Below the pieces are notes generated by a model. That model searched no databases, was not told the DNA's origin, and saw only the letters and a program-made list of their open reading frames with translations. A stretch of 62,414 nucleotides of DNA, the filler included. It is 11 parts of 11 records of this genome, joined end to end, with 100 filler letters (N's around TTAATTAATTAA, not from the genome) between each part and the next. Parts side by side here need not be neighbours in the genome. Positions count along the whole stretch, not along the records: positions 44,454 to 51,179 come from SRR7504441_8926; positions 51,280 to 58,803 come from SRR7504441_8927; positions 58,904 to 62,414 come from SRR7504441_8954; 8 more parts are not named here. One strand, 5' to 3'. Below are positions 48,065 through 59,353 of the stretch, piece after piece. Both the position numbers and the translations under genes were made by a program. Each line of letters starts with the position of its first letter. The stretch's first letter is position 1.

Positions 48065-49228
48065 TCAGTCCTCCTTTGACAGGTCGGTCCAAGCAGATCC
48101 GAGCCCCGGCAGCAGCGCAGCAAGCCCGGCACCGGTGGCAGCTTCCGGTGCCACAAAGTTGTTGAGCTTGAGCTCGCGGAGCGGCAAGCTCTTGTAGATC
48201 TGAGCTGTCGAGTCGATATGATACTTGTGCAGTGCAGCCCCAGTCATCTCTCCGTCGACCTCCAGCTCCGCCCTCCGCATCCGGAGCCCGTGCTCGTGTT
48301 CGGCCGCCTGGATCGTCCGCTTCCGCTCGGCCGCCTGCACAGCGAGCTGGTGCTCGAGCTCACGCTGCTCCATCTCGCGCGCCCGGCGGGTCTCGAGCTC
48401 GCGCCGATCGTTCTGGAGCTGTCTCTCAGCCCGTTCTGCCTCAGCCTCGGCCCTTGCCAGCCGCTGGAGGCCTTCAAGCTGCTCCCGTCGGGTAGTCTCC
48501 TCGGCCCGGGCCTTGGCCTGGGCCACGGCTGTCTCCGCCCCGAGCACGGCCATCTCCCGTTCGTGGGCCGCCCGCTGCTCGGCCAAGAGCTTGGCCGAGC
48601 GCAGGCGGACGGATTCTGCCTTGACGTGAGTGTCCTGCCGGTACTCGGCTTGCAGGTCCTCGAACAGGGTCTTGGAGCAGATGTGCACGTCGGTGATCTC
48701 GAGCGTCTCGAGCCATACGCCCCAGCCTTTGGTGGTGGAGAGCATCTCGGCTTTGACAGCCTCCCGCAGACCCTCCCGATCCCGGAGGACGGAATCGAGA
48801 GTGGAGGTGGCCACTTGTTTGCGCATCAATGACTCGGCCATCCCCTTGAGGTTGTCCTCGGCCATCTTCTGCCCGCCCCCCTGCACCATCTTGAAGTATT
48901 TGAAAGGGCCGTCGTCAGTCCGCAAGACCGAAAAGACCGCAAACCCGGTGACCTGGACGCCCTGCATCTCCGCGGTGGTCTGCTCGGCCGCGAATGAGAC
49001 CTTGGTGAGGACAGACGGGAAGGTGACCGCCGTCTCCATCGGCCAGACCCAGGCCTTGAGCCCGACGCCGGCCAGCCGCTGCTCGCCGTCCTTGATGACG
49101 ATCAGCCACTCGTTCGGCTCGGCGCTGGTGAGCGTGGGCAGGTAGCAGCGGAGGGCCAGCAGCCCGGCCGCCAGCAGCGCCAGCCCGGCCGCCGCGTAAA
49201 AGGAAATAATCATCCAATCCATATCCAT
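48065..49228 (-). CDS. SPFH/band-7 (flotillin-like) membrane protein
   Basis: N-terminal TM; AEPNEWLIVI; TAEMQGVQVTG; LDSVLRDREGL; GWGVWLETLEITDV; Ala/Glu-rich coiled coil; alternative start 49294. Confidence 0.88.
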   Translation of the reverse strand: MDMDWMIISFYAAAGLALLAAGLLALRCYLPTLTSAEPNEWLIVIKDGEQRLAGVGLKAWVWPMETAVTFPSVLTKVSFAAEQTTAEMQGVQVTGFAVFSVLRTDDGPFKYFKMVQGGGQKMAEDNLKGMAESLMRKQVATSTLDSVLRDREGLREAVKAEMLSTTKGWGVWLETLEITDVHICSKTLFEDLQAEYRQDTHVKAESVRLRSAKLLAEQRAAHEREMAVLGAETAVAQAKARAEETTRREQLEGLQRLARAEAEAERAERQLQNDRRELETRRAREMEQRELEHQLAVQAAERKRTIQAAEHEHGLRMRRAELEVDGEMTGAALHKYHIDSTAQIYKSLPLRELKLNNFVAPEAATGAGLAALLPGLGSAWTDLSKED

Positions 49229-49339
49229 GTTGTGCTTTGGTGTTGCGCCTCCTCCGGTTCCCGGGCTGCGAACCTTGCGATAACCTGCTTCCATATTTGG
49301 AATAAATTTTATTATAGACTAACGGTACCTCAGGTAGCA

Positions 49340-50944
49340 ATGCGGCGCAGGTTGCTGCTGGCCGTGCTGCTGGCCGCGCTGCTGTACGCCGCCAGGGCGA
49401 TGGAGCTGGAGCGCAAGGTGCTGGCCGGGTACCAAGGCTGGTTCGACACCCCGTGCTCGGGGAGCGGCCGCGGCTGGGTGCACTGGGCGCCGGGCCGGGC
49501 TCCGAGCGCGGCCGACGTGACCTTTGACGCCTGGCCGGACACGTCGGAGTACGGAGCAGACGAGCTGTGCCCGACCAACCTGAGCTACCCGAACGGAGCG
49601 CCGGCCGGGCTGTTCAGCGCGTACAACCCCAAGACGGTCCGCCGGCACTTTGAATGGATGGGCCGCGACTCTGTGGACGGTGTGTTCCTGCAGCGATTCC
49701 TCAGCGAGACGCGCAGCCAGTCCGGGCGACACTTCCGGGACCGGGTGACTGCCAACGTTAAGGCAGCCGCTGAGGCTACCGGCCGCGGCTGGTGCCACAT
49801 GTGGGATATTAGCGGATCGCCCGAAGCGAGCCTGGTGGCCGACCTCCAAGCCGACTGGCGGCATCTGGCGGCTAGCGGGCTGGCCAACGGCAGCTCGGCC
49901 TACCTGCAGTACCGCGGGCGGCCGGTGGTGGCGGTGTGGGGCCTGGGCTTCACCGACCGGCCGGGCCAGCCGGAGCAGGCGGTCGAGATCGTACAGTTCC
50001 TGCGCGCACAGGGCGCCGCAGTGATGGGCGGCGTCCCGACTAACTGGCGCACAGGCACTGGCGACGCCAAGCCCGGTCCGGAGTGGGCGCGGGTATTTGG
50101 TTCGTTTGATGTCCTGAGCCCGTGGGCAGTCGGGCGGTATCACAACCAGGCGGGCGCCGACCTGTTCAGCAAGCAGAACATTGTGCCGGACCGAGCCCTG
50201 ACGGAGGCCCGTGGGCAGGGGTACATGCCGGTCATCTTCCCGGGCTTCAGCTGGGCCAATCTGGCAGCGCATTCTGGGCAGAAGATCAGCGGGGCGTTGA
50301 ACCAGATCCCGCGGGACGGCGGTCGGTTCCTTTGGCGGCAGGCGATGAATCTGATCAGCGCCGGGTGCAACTTGAGCTACTTAGCCATGTACGACGAGGT
50401 AGACGAGGGGACCGCCCTCTTCAAGATCGCGCCCACCAAGGCCGCGCTGCCTGCCCAGGGCCAATTTGTCTCTCTTGACATCGACGGCGACGCGGTGCCA
50501 GCAGATTGGTATCTCCAGCTCGCCGGCAAATTCGGGGCAGTGCTGCGCTCGGGCACTGTAGCTCCGATGCCACCCGTGCCTGGCAGCAGCCCGGCCACCC
50601 ACGAGGTCGAGCTTGCGTATAGAGGGATACTAGCGAGAGAGGCAGACCCCTCTGGCCTGGCTGAGTATGCTCGGGTGCTTGAGAGCGGCCAAGCCAGTCT
50701 AGTGAGCGTGTGCGACGAGCTGTTCCAGAGCCGTGAGTTTGTGGGCCACAGATGGAGCCCCGAGCAAACGGCTGTTCAGCTGTACAAGGGCATACTGAAC
50801 AGGACCGCCACCGGCGGAGCGCTGCAAGACACTGAGCGCGATATCGAGCAAGGACATGCAGCTGCGGCGGCTCGGGCAACAGACATGATTAGAGCTTGCA
50901 TCGCGCACACAAGCGGCGAGTGCATGCCCCAAGAAGCGCATTGA
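49340..50944 (+). CDS. Secreted GH71/GH99-like glycoside hydrolase with C-terminal DUF4214-like domain
   Basis: Signal peptide; KVLAGYQGWF; GWVHW; WPDTSEY; RHFEWM; DGVFLQRF; SPWAVGRY; IFPGFSWAN; AMYDEVDEGTA; tail AYRGILAREADPSGL and QLYKGILNRTA. Confidence 0.88.
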   Translation: MRRRLLLAVLLAALLYAARAMELERKVLAGYQGWFDTPCSGSGRGWVHWAPGRAPSAADVTFDAWPDTSEYGADELCPTNLSYPNGAPAGLFSAYNPKTVRRHFEWMGRDSVDGVFLQRFLSETRSQSGRHFRDRVTANVKAAAEATGRGWCHMWDISGSPEASLVADLQADWRHLAASGLANGSSAYLQYRGRPVVAVWGLGFTDRPGQPEQAVEIVQFLRAQGAAVMGGVPTNWRTGTGDAKPGPEWARVFGSFDVLSPWAVGRYHNQAGADLFSKQNIVPDRALTEARGQGYMPVIFPGFSWANLAAHSGQKISGALNQIPRDGGRFLWRQAMNLISAGCNLSYLAMYDEVDEGTALFKIAPTKAALPAQGQFVSLDIDGDAVPADWYLQLAGKFGAVLRSGTVAPMPPVPGSSPATHEVELAYRGILAREADPSGLAEYARVLESGQASLVSVCDELFQSREFVGHRWSPEQTAVQLYKGILNRTATGGALQDTERDIEQGHAAAAARATDMIRACIAHTSGECMPQEAH

Positions 50945-51179
50945 CGAATTTAATTTTAAGCTTTGAAATATTATGTACCAATAGTGTGCAATGTGACTAC
51001 AATGTGACTGGATGTGTAATGTTAATGTATAGAAGCGCACCCGCTGTGCACCCGCCGCTAGTTTGAGCTAGCCTTACCTATGCAAACGCCATTACGAAGC
51101 TGCACTGTATGTGTTAACATTGACGTCCAGAATCTAAATTCTTAACGTAGCCAATACTCAATACGCCGGTACCTGGGTG

Positions 51180-51279
51180 NNNNNNNNNNNNNNNNNNNNN
51201 NNNNNNNNNNNNNNNNNNNNNNNTTAATTAATTAANNNNNNNNNNNNNNNNNNNNNNNNNNNNNNNNNNNNNNNNNNNN
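51180..51279. other. Artificial contig linker
   Basis: N-run with TTAATTAATTAA. Confidence 0.99.
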
Positions 51280-54200
51280 GTTTCTGGGGTGGTGACTCAA
51301 GGCCGACACCACCACAATCACAACCAATGGGTCAAAAGCTACACTGTCAAATCAAGCGAGGATGGCACTTCCTGGCTTGACGTTGATGGCGCCAAAACCT
51401 TCCCAGGAAATTTTGACAAGGACACTCAATTGAGCCAAAGCTTCTCAAAGCCAGTGCAAGCACGCTATATCAAAATTCTTCCTGAAAGCTTTCAGTCGCA
51501 TATCGCAATGCGTGCTGGTGTGATTGTGGTGTCGCGTGCTGATGTCAAATTGATCGGCAGTAACACCTGGCAGGCCCAGAATGTAGTCGATGCAAGCGCC
51601 AGCCACTCTGTGGCTGGCAATCCTTTCAGAGTCAAAGCCGACGAGTTGTCTATGGTGTTTGACCTGAAGACGCCGCACTACATCGATCAATTCAGAGTGT
51701 ATGGCAGCACTTACAAAGCGTGTGCCAAAAAGGTGGATCTGTACTACGGTGACAAAATCTCAGGTCCCTGGACAAAGGTTGTAGACGATCTTGAGATCGA
51801 AAAGGAGGAGAAATGGTTCACCTCATCTCGATTCAGCCTGGTGAAGGCACAGTACTGGAGGACTAAGTTCAAACAGCGCAACGGAAAGACTAAGATCGAA
51901 GTAGCGGAGGTCCAGTTCCATGGCAGCCGGAAGGCATCGCCCAAGGTAGCTGCGTTGAATGCATTTTCCAAGAACGAAGGCAAGCAGCTGGGCGGCACTT
52001 ACCAGACTTCAGACATCACATCCGAGTACTGTGCCTCTCTCTGCTTTGCGGCTGCCAAGTGCAAGTCGTTCAATTATGACCGAGTCAACCAGCGGTGCAG
52101 CCTTAATGAAAAGACTCAGGCCTCGGCCCAAAACCAGTACTCGAGCTCGGACGACCAAGATTACTATGAGAAGATCCCGAGCATGCGCAAGCACGGAGAG
52201 GCCAAGGCCTGCGAGCTGAGGAGGTGCAAGCATGACTGCAAAAAGCGAGGCAAATGCGACGAGAAGACTGGCCGGTGTAAGTGCGACAGCAAGTACTATG
52301 GAGACCACTGCCAGTTCACAAAATGTCAAGCCCAGAAGAAAGCGTTCTTCCGCAAGTCCAATCCAATGAGCTGCAGCGCCAGCGGCAAGTGTATCCGCAG
52401 GAGCGGCAAATGCCGCTGTCGGAGCGGGCACCAGGGCTCAGGATGCGAGGAGCGCAAGTGTCCAAATAAGTGCTCCGGGAAGAAGAAGGGCAAGTGCAAC
52501 CCTGCTGACGGCAAGTGCCAGTGCACCAAGAATTACACTGGTCGGGACTGCAACCTCAAGCGCTGTCCGAGGAACTGCAACGGCAACGGCAAGTGTGATC
52601 ACGAGAGCGGCAAGTGCCTCTGTCGGAGTGGGTACAGCGGAGACCAGTGTGTCAAGGACAAGCCGTGCAAGTCGACTACAATGAATTGGTGGGAATCGTT
52701 CAACGGCCAGGGCTGGTCGACCTGCCCGTCCTCGAGCATTCTCACAGGGCTGTACCGGAATGTCAAGGGCTGCGAAGGCCTGTACTGTGTAGAGATGGCG
52801 CGATGCTCGGTCCCGTGCGCAGGCAAGACTGAGAAGAACATCGGCAACTGCTACCACCCGGATTGGAGCCAGAGCATGTCCCAGCGTGGCTGGGCCAAGT
52901 GCGAGACAAATTATTTCCTGGCTGGGCTGTACAGAGAGGACTGCCACTCGCTCTACTGTCTGAGCAGGGCCAAGTGCTGCGAGGTCTCAGGCTCGGAATG
53001 GGACAAGTGCACGACCGTCAACTGGCGGGAGCAGATGTCGGACAAGGGCTGGGCATATGCTCCCGGGGCTCTGTTCCTCACAGGGCTGCTGCGGGTGGGA
53101 GACAAGACGCAGAGCCAGAGCAACGGGATAAGCAACATCATGATGGCTTCAGCTTGCAAGTTCAAGAAACGCCCCAAGATCAAGTATTGTGGCGACGGCA
53201 AGAGAAGCACAGAGATCAAGGAGGGATGCGATGACGGCAACCAGTACAGCGGCGATGGCTGCTCTAGCACGTGCAAGGTGGAGAGCGGCTGGAGGTGTTC
53301 GCACTCGAGCACTCCGCTGGTAGTCAGCGACCTGTCGCCTTCTGACTACAAGGAGCTCAAGGGCGGGCTTGGGCACGGCAAGAAGTACTACATTGATGAG
53401 AGCTTCACAACCGGCGAGGTCAAGGATTCGAAGCTTGGTGGTGAGTATGCAATCATGACCAAGAATGCTGATAAGGGGTCGGATACCTCAATCACTTTCA
53501 AAGTGAACCAGAATGTTCGCGTGTTTGTGCTGCTGGACAGCAAGTTCCCTGGAGTCTCCAGTGGCACCCTCCCTGCGTGGGTAGCTGATCGGTTTGTCAA
53601 GACATCTCGCAAGCTCCCAGTTCACGGCCGCGAGACAGGAGCACACTTTGTTGTGTTCAGGTCTAAGCACATCCACACAGCAGGCACTGTGACAGTCGGG
53701 CCCTCCTCAGGGAGCAAAGGACCGGCGCAGCACATTGTGGTTGTCAAGCGGGCGATCTGCAACGAGGTAGTGCCGTATCGGAAGGGCTCTGCCAAACTTG
53801 TGGGCCGGATGAGCTTCTACCACTTGGAGCGGAAGCTGCAGCGGGACGCTTCGGGCAAGTCGGTCTGTGGCTCCGGATTCCATGTGTGTAACTACCAAGA
53901 GACTACAGTGTATGGCGTGATCCACAGGGAGGGTCTCTCAGGGAGGTCTGGCTGGATCGTTGGAGGTTTCTCCAACTGGTGGCGGCACCGGCGGTCGATG
54001 TGGAATGGACAGGACTCGATGCAGTGCCGCTGGTGGCAAGGCCCGCGCTGGTGGGGCCGGTGGGGCCCATACAAGGGTCGAGTTCACTGCTCTCACAGAT
54101 GGCACCGGTCGCCAGTGGTCTGCTGCAGCAACCAGCCGGATCGCGAGGAAGCGGCGGTCAAGCAAGGACCTGTTGTCAACTACTGGCACCTGAACCACTT

Positions 54201-57200
54201 GCTGAATCGCGACTGGCAAGGCCGGCGGGTGTGTGGGGGCGGCTGGCATGTCTGCAACTACGCCGAGACTACAGTGTACGGTGCAATGAAAGGACACACG
54301 TTCGCAGGGCGCAGGCACCTCTGGATCACTGGCTCTTTCTCCAATTGGGAAAGGCACCGAAGGTCGGTTTGGAACGGGCAGGACTCGACTTGGTGCCGTG
54401 GCGGGCGGTACCCATCTTGGTGGAACAAGTATCACCATTATCACGGGCTGGTGCACTGCCTGCGCGGCCACCACAGGCTGCCTGTGGCCTGCTGCAAAGA
54501 CCGGATGGCGCAGCCCAAGGCACGGTATAACGATCGGTTCAAGAACGGCCCTAGGCTGAATGGATGGCACGTGCAGCACAGGCTGAATCGGAACTGGCGG
54601 GGCGCGAGGGCGTGCGGGACTGGCTGGCATGCGTGCAATGCGCAGGAGGTGCTAGCGTATGGGACTTACTTCCACGCCAACCTGGGTGGGAATCAATGGA
54701 TGGTCGGAGGGTTCTCAAACTGGTGGCGGCACCGGAACTCGATCTGGAACGGCCAGAGCGCCGTCCAGTGTCGACACTGGTGGAAGATGCCGCTGCTGAT
54801 CTCCAAGTGGGGCCCGTACTTTTCGAACATCCACTGCGTGCACAAGTGGCACCACACGCGGGTCGCTTGCTGCTCAAACAGTGGCTTTCCCAAAACTGCA
54901 GTCGGCGAACTCAACTTGGCGCCATTCGCCACCTTAGCTATATCCAGTGGCAGCTGGAAGGCAGGAGCAGTTGACGGTGTGAAGAAGGAATGCTCTGGCG
55001 GTGGTGGGTGCGGGGGAAAGGTCTGGAGAACCAACAGTCCGATTGGGGCGTGGATCAGCTTCGACTTTGGGGCACCAGTCGAGATATTTAAAGTCGTGGT
55101 GTACAACCACAACCACCCTTCGACTGGCGACGTTGCGACCGCTGCTGTCGAGATCTCTGATAACAACAACAGCTGGCGCCGAATCGCCACGATGAGCCTC
55201 TCAGATACGGCTGGGGCGCAACCGAATTACCCACAGACGCTTCACGTGATGGACCATGCAAGATACTGGCGGCTGAAGATTCTGTCCACGCACAGTGGTG
55301 GTGGAGACAGTGGATTTGCAGAGGTCGAGCTATACAAAGAGGGCAAAGGGACAGATCTCAACTTCTTCAAGCTGTATGAAGAACACAAGATGGATGGACA
55401 CGTTCTCAAGACCCTCGACAACCACGGTCGGATGCAGTGTGCGACTGATTGCACCCAGGAAGAGGAATGCAAGTCGTTTGTTTACTACCAAAGTCAGACA
55501 AAGTGCATACTCCATAAGGAGAACCGCAATATCGGCAGCGCATACCAGGCGGCCAGCAGTGGGATTGACTACTACGAGAAGGTTGTCGATAAACACTCGA
55601 GAGGCTACTGCAAGCACCGAATGACCGACTATCGGGGTACTATTGCCGTCACTCGTCGTGGCGCCGATTGCCAGAAGTGGACTGAGCAATACCCTCACAG
55701 ACACAGCAACACTCCGTCGAGAAGGCCGGGAACAGGAATCGGGGACCACAACTATTGCCGGAATCCGAGCAACTATCACGGAGGAGCCTGGTGCTACACT
55801 GCAGAGAGCGGCCGACGGTGAGGTCTCGAGCGTTGCGCGGTGCTAAACTTGTGCTCTCAGGTGGGATCGATGCAACATCCCGAGGAATGAGAAGTGCGGT
55901 GTGATGTACTCTCGCAACATCAGGGGCGGCGGAGGCTGGCATCGGCGCGAACCAAACTTGCGCATTTATTCAAAGACTGCAGCAGCCAGCGTTCGGCTCG
56001 AGTCTCGCAAGCCAAGCGACCCCGAGGAGGTCTAGCCCCTGGCCGAGCAGCCCGTGAGTGCTTGGGCTGTCAGGTGTACATTGAGCTTCGGAACCGGAAC
56101 AGAAACGCGGCATGGGGGATTGGGATGAATGACGACTTCAACTTGTGGTGGTGCTACGGCCGGCTGGGCACTATGAACAAGCGGCACTGTGCCATGTACA
56201 TTGAACCGTCCGGCAAGGTGCACATCTTGGGCAAAGCAAAATTCGATAAAGTGCCCAACAAGAAGCCTCCAGGCCACGAGGAGCTCGAGCAATCGACCGC
56301 ACTGCTCCAAGAGGAGGAAGAGCTAGACTATGCCCCACAGCAGGCTTACCCCAACTCGCAGCAGATGCAGCTCAATCCACTTCCCCCGCAGCAAGGATAC
56401 CCGCAGCCTGGCTACCCGCAGCAGCCGCCTCCGCTGAATCCCGGAATGCAGCAACCAATGAATCCTGGAATGCAGCAGCCGGGGATGGCGCCGGGCCAGC
56501 CGATGCAGCCAGGCTATCCTCAACAGGCCTATCCTCAGCAGGGGCCAATGAACATGCCACAGCAGCCGATGCAGCCAATGCAGCCGCAGCCGCAGCCGCC
56601 AATGCGACAGAACAGGGCTCAACGGTTCCAGCAGTTCCCTCAAGAAAAGTCTGAGAGCTCCGAGCTGCTCCTGCTCCAGGAGAGATCCACTGAAGTCACA
56701 GACTCCAAGGCAGTCGCAAAGACCGAGACCAAGGCCACAGTAGACACCGAGCTGCGCGAGAAAGCCGACAAGCAAATCGGAGGCTCAGGCCGGCGTGAGC
56801 CTGTTGCAACGTGGTATGCGTATTACGACGATTGCTCTATCCGGTTGGAGTCGCACAACCGGCGCCAGGATCACCCGGTGTACTTTGAGCTCCGGAACCA
56901 GAACAGTGATGACGCCTGGGGGATTGGTATGTCCAACAACAACCGGCTCAAGATCGGGTACGGTAAGCTTGGCAAGATGGCCGAGAAGACAGTGTCGATG
57001 GAATTCGTGGCAGGCCGGAGCAAGAAGGTGATCTTCCACAAGGATGTCGTGTTCCACAAGCGGCCGAGGTTCCCTGGTGATGGATTCCCGGACTTCAGGA
57101 ACAAGATGAAGATCGGGTCACTGATTTCCCTCAAGGGTGGTCGCCAGCGCTGGCGGAAGCACTGTGCAGATGAGGGCTGGAGAGTGGTGTGCAATCGGCC

Positions 57201-58803
57201 GTGGGCTCATCAGTGGGAGAAGTTCAGAGTGTACAATGGTGGAGGAGGCCGGGTCGCCCTCAGGGGCGGCCGAAGCCGCCGTTTCTGTGCAGACGAAGGT
57301 TGGACAATCCGTTGCAATCGGCCGTGGATCCAGCAATGGGAGAAGTACCAGGTGCTGGATGCTCGGAATGGCAAGATTGCGCTGCGAGGTGGCCGCGGGA
57401 GGAGGCTCTGCGCCGACGAGGGCTGGAGAGTGGTATGCAATAGGCGGTGGATCCGGCAGTGGGAGAAGTTTGATGTGCATTGCTTCTCTGGCTGTGCTAA
57501 CGAGGAGGAAAGAGACGCAATGACCACGCTCGGGGAGGGCGGCTCGGACCCGTCCACTGCTTGGAGGGCCGGCCACAACACCACGCACAGCGAGCGAGCA
57601 GCAAAGGCCAAGATGAACACGGCCGCGCGAGATCTGTCTGCCGAAGAGAAGAAAGCGGTTCGGATGGAATTCAGGAACGAACGCAAGCGAAAGATCTTGG
57701 CAAAGAACGTGACGCGGGCCGAGAGCGCTATGCGGAGTGTGTCGGCCAGCTTTGAGCATACTGATACCAGCATCGATGTGGAGACAGTCGGCGCTGAACG
57801 CGAAGTGGAGCGCGCTCAAAACAAGCTGAAGCAAGTGGTCAAGAAGAGCTTGTTCGCTGAAGGGGCCAAGCCCGGAGAGGCCGACTCCGAACTGATTGAG
57901 GAGGCCAATCAAGAGCTCGAGCGCGCGCAAGGCAAGGTGGAGAGCCTGCAAGCCAAGACGACCGCCAAAGAAGCCGACCCTTTGCACAAGTTCGAGAGAG
58001 TGATCGAAACAACCGAGCGGGTGCTCGGGTCGGCAATGCACTCGACTGGAGACCCACTTCTAGTCGCGGCCACGAACGCCACAGATGCAGCACAAGAGCA
58101 CAAGCCAGCAACCGACTATGCGGCTCAATCCGAGAGCTGTGCAGCTAAGCGGCTGGCGGCTGTGATGAGCACCGAGCGGGCGGTGCGGGCGCGGGTCCAC
58201 AGGGTGCAGCTGCACATCAAGCTCCAAGTGCGCCGGGTGAGGCAGCGGCTGACTGTGCTGCACCGACGGAAGGGAACGATCAAGCGCGAAATGAAACAGC
58301 TGGTCGATACAAATCGATTCACAGGCGGCTCTCGACAGCTTTCGCACAAGCTGTTCGAGCTCAAGCGATCGGCCCGGAGGCTGCAGGCCAAGCCAATCCA
58401 AGGCCAGCGCGAGCTCTCACGGCTCAAGCGCGTGAAGCGGATGCTGGTCGGGGCAATTTCGAGCCTCAAGAACCAGCTGCCAGCTCAGCACCAGCTGCCG
58501 CAGTCGACAGCCATACCGCCATCCGATCTGTCAACGCTCACCAAAGCCGACTTCTCAGAGGCTAGAGTGTGCACCGGCGGCTCGTCCTCCCGGCAGCTGA
58601 TGAGCGCCGTGCATGCACTGAACGAGGCCGGAGCCCAGACTGGTCGGCGCTGGTGGAGTTGGCACCGGCGGAGGTTCAACATGGGACAAGCCACGTACGC
58701 TTACCGGGCAGTCGATCCAGCCGTGGTCTACTACTCGACCAACAACGACGTGAGCATTCGGGTCGAATCGCGCAAGTGGTGGGACCCGGAGCAAGTTTAT
58801 CTG
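51280..58803 (+). CDS. Giant extracellular mosaic protein (F5/8C, PAN, EGF, Cys-rich, kringle, fascin-like, unnamed repeats); both ends truncated
   Basis: ORFs 51289 and 55894 are joined by introns 55818-55860 and 56030-56073, which complete the kringle (NYCRNP..WCYT..RR-WDRC); discoidin TQGR..QWVKSY..ARYIKI; PAN CKSFNY; EGF repeats; CGDG..EGCDDGNQYSGDGCS. Confidence 0.9.
56325..56645 (+). repeat. Pro/Gln/Met-rich low-complexity coding repeat
   Basis: YPQ, PGMQQP and QPMQP units. Confidence 0.85.
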
Positions 58804-58903
58804 NNNNNNNNNNNNNNNNNNNNNNNNNNNNNNNNNNNNNNNNNNNNTTAATTAATTAANNNNNNNNNNNNNNNNNNNNNNNNNNNNNNNNNNNNNNNNN
58901 NNN
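58804..58903. other. Artificial contig linker
   Basis: N-run with TTAATTAATTAA. Confidence 0.99.
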
Positions 58904-59353
58904 ATGTCTATTCGTGCCAGAGCCGGACTATCCAGCTCCACAGGATCTAATTGTCCTCCTCCACGACCAATTTGGACCTTGGCGGCGAAGAGATGCTGTG
59001 CGCGATGACCTCGCTGTCCGAGCAGTCGTCGGAGAACGTGATGCAGCTCATTGGGGACATCAGGAAAGCTGGCGGGCGGGGTCTATCTAGCTCGGTGCTA
59101 TATAGCATATGCATTGATAATACCGCGATACCGGTAATAGCGAAGTGAGCTAGCGAGGTGCTCGGGTGCTAGGTTCGAGTAGCTACCTAATTTCGCCAGC
59201 CTAAGAAACAAAATGTCGGGTGAGCACAGGATAGTCTATAGAAGCCGGCCTGAGTCAGTCGCGATCATCGCAAGCATGCACCTGCAGCTGGTCCTGGTCC
59301 GATCAGCGAACGTTGTTGTGAGCCGTCAGATAAAACGGGTGCCGAGACCACGG

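Noticed and set aside
58904-59210. Possible gene fragment at contig start
   Set aside because: Could not choose a strand or frame with any support
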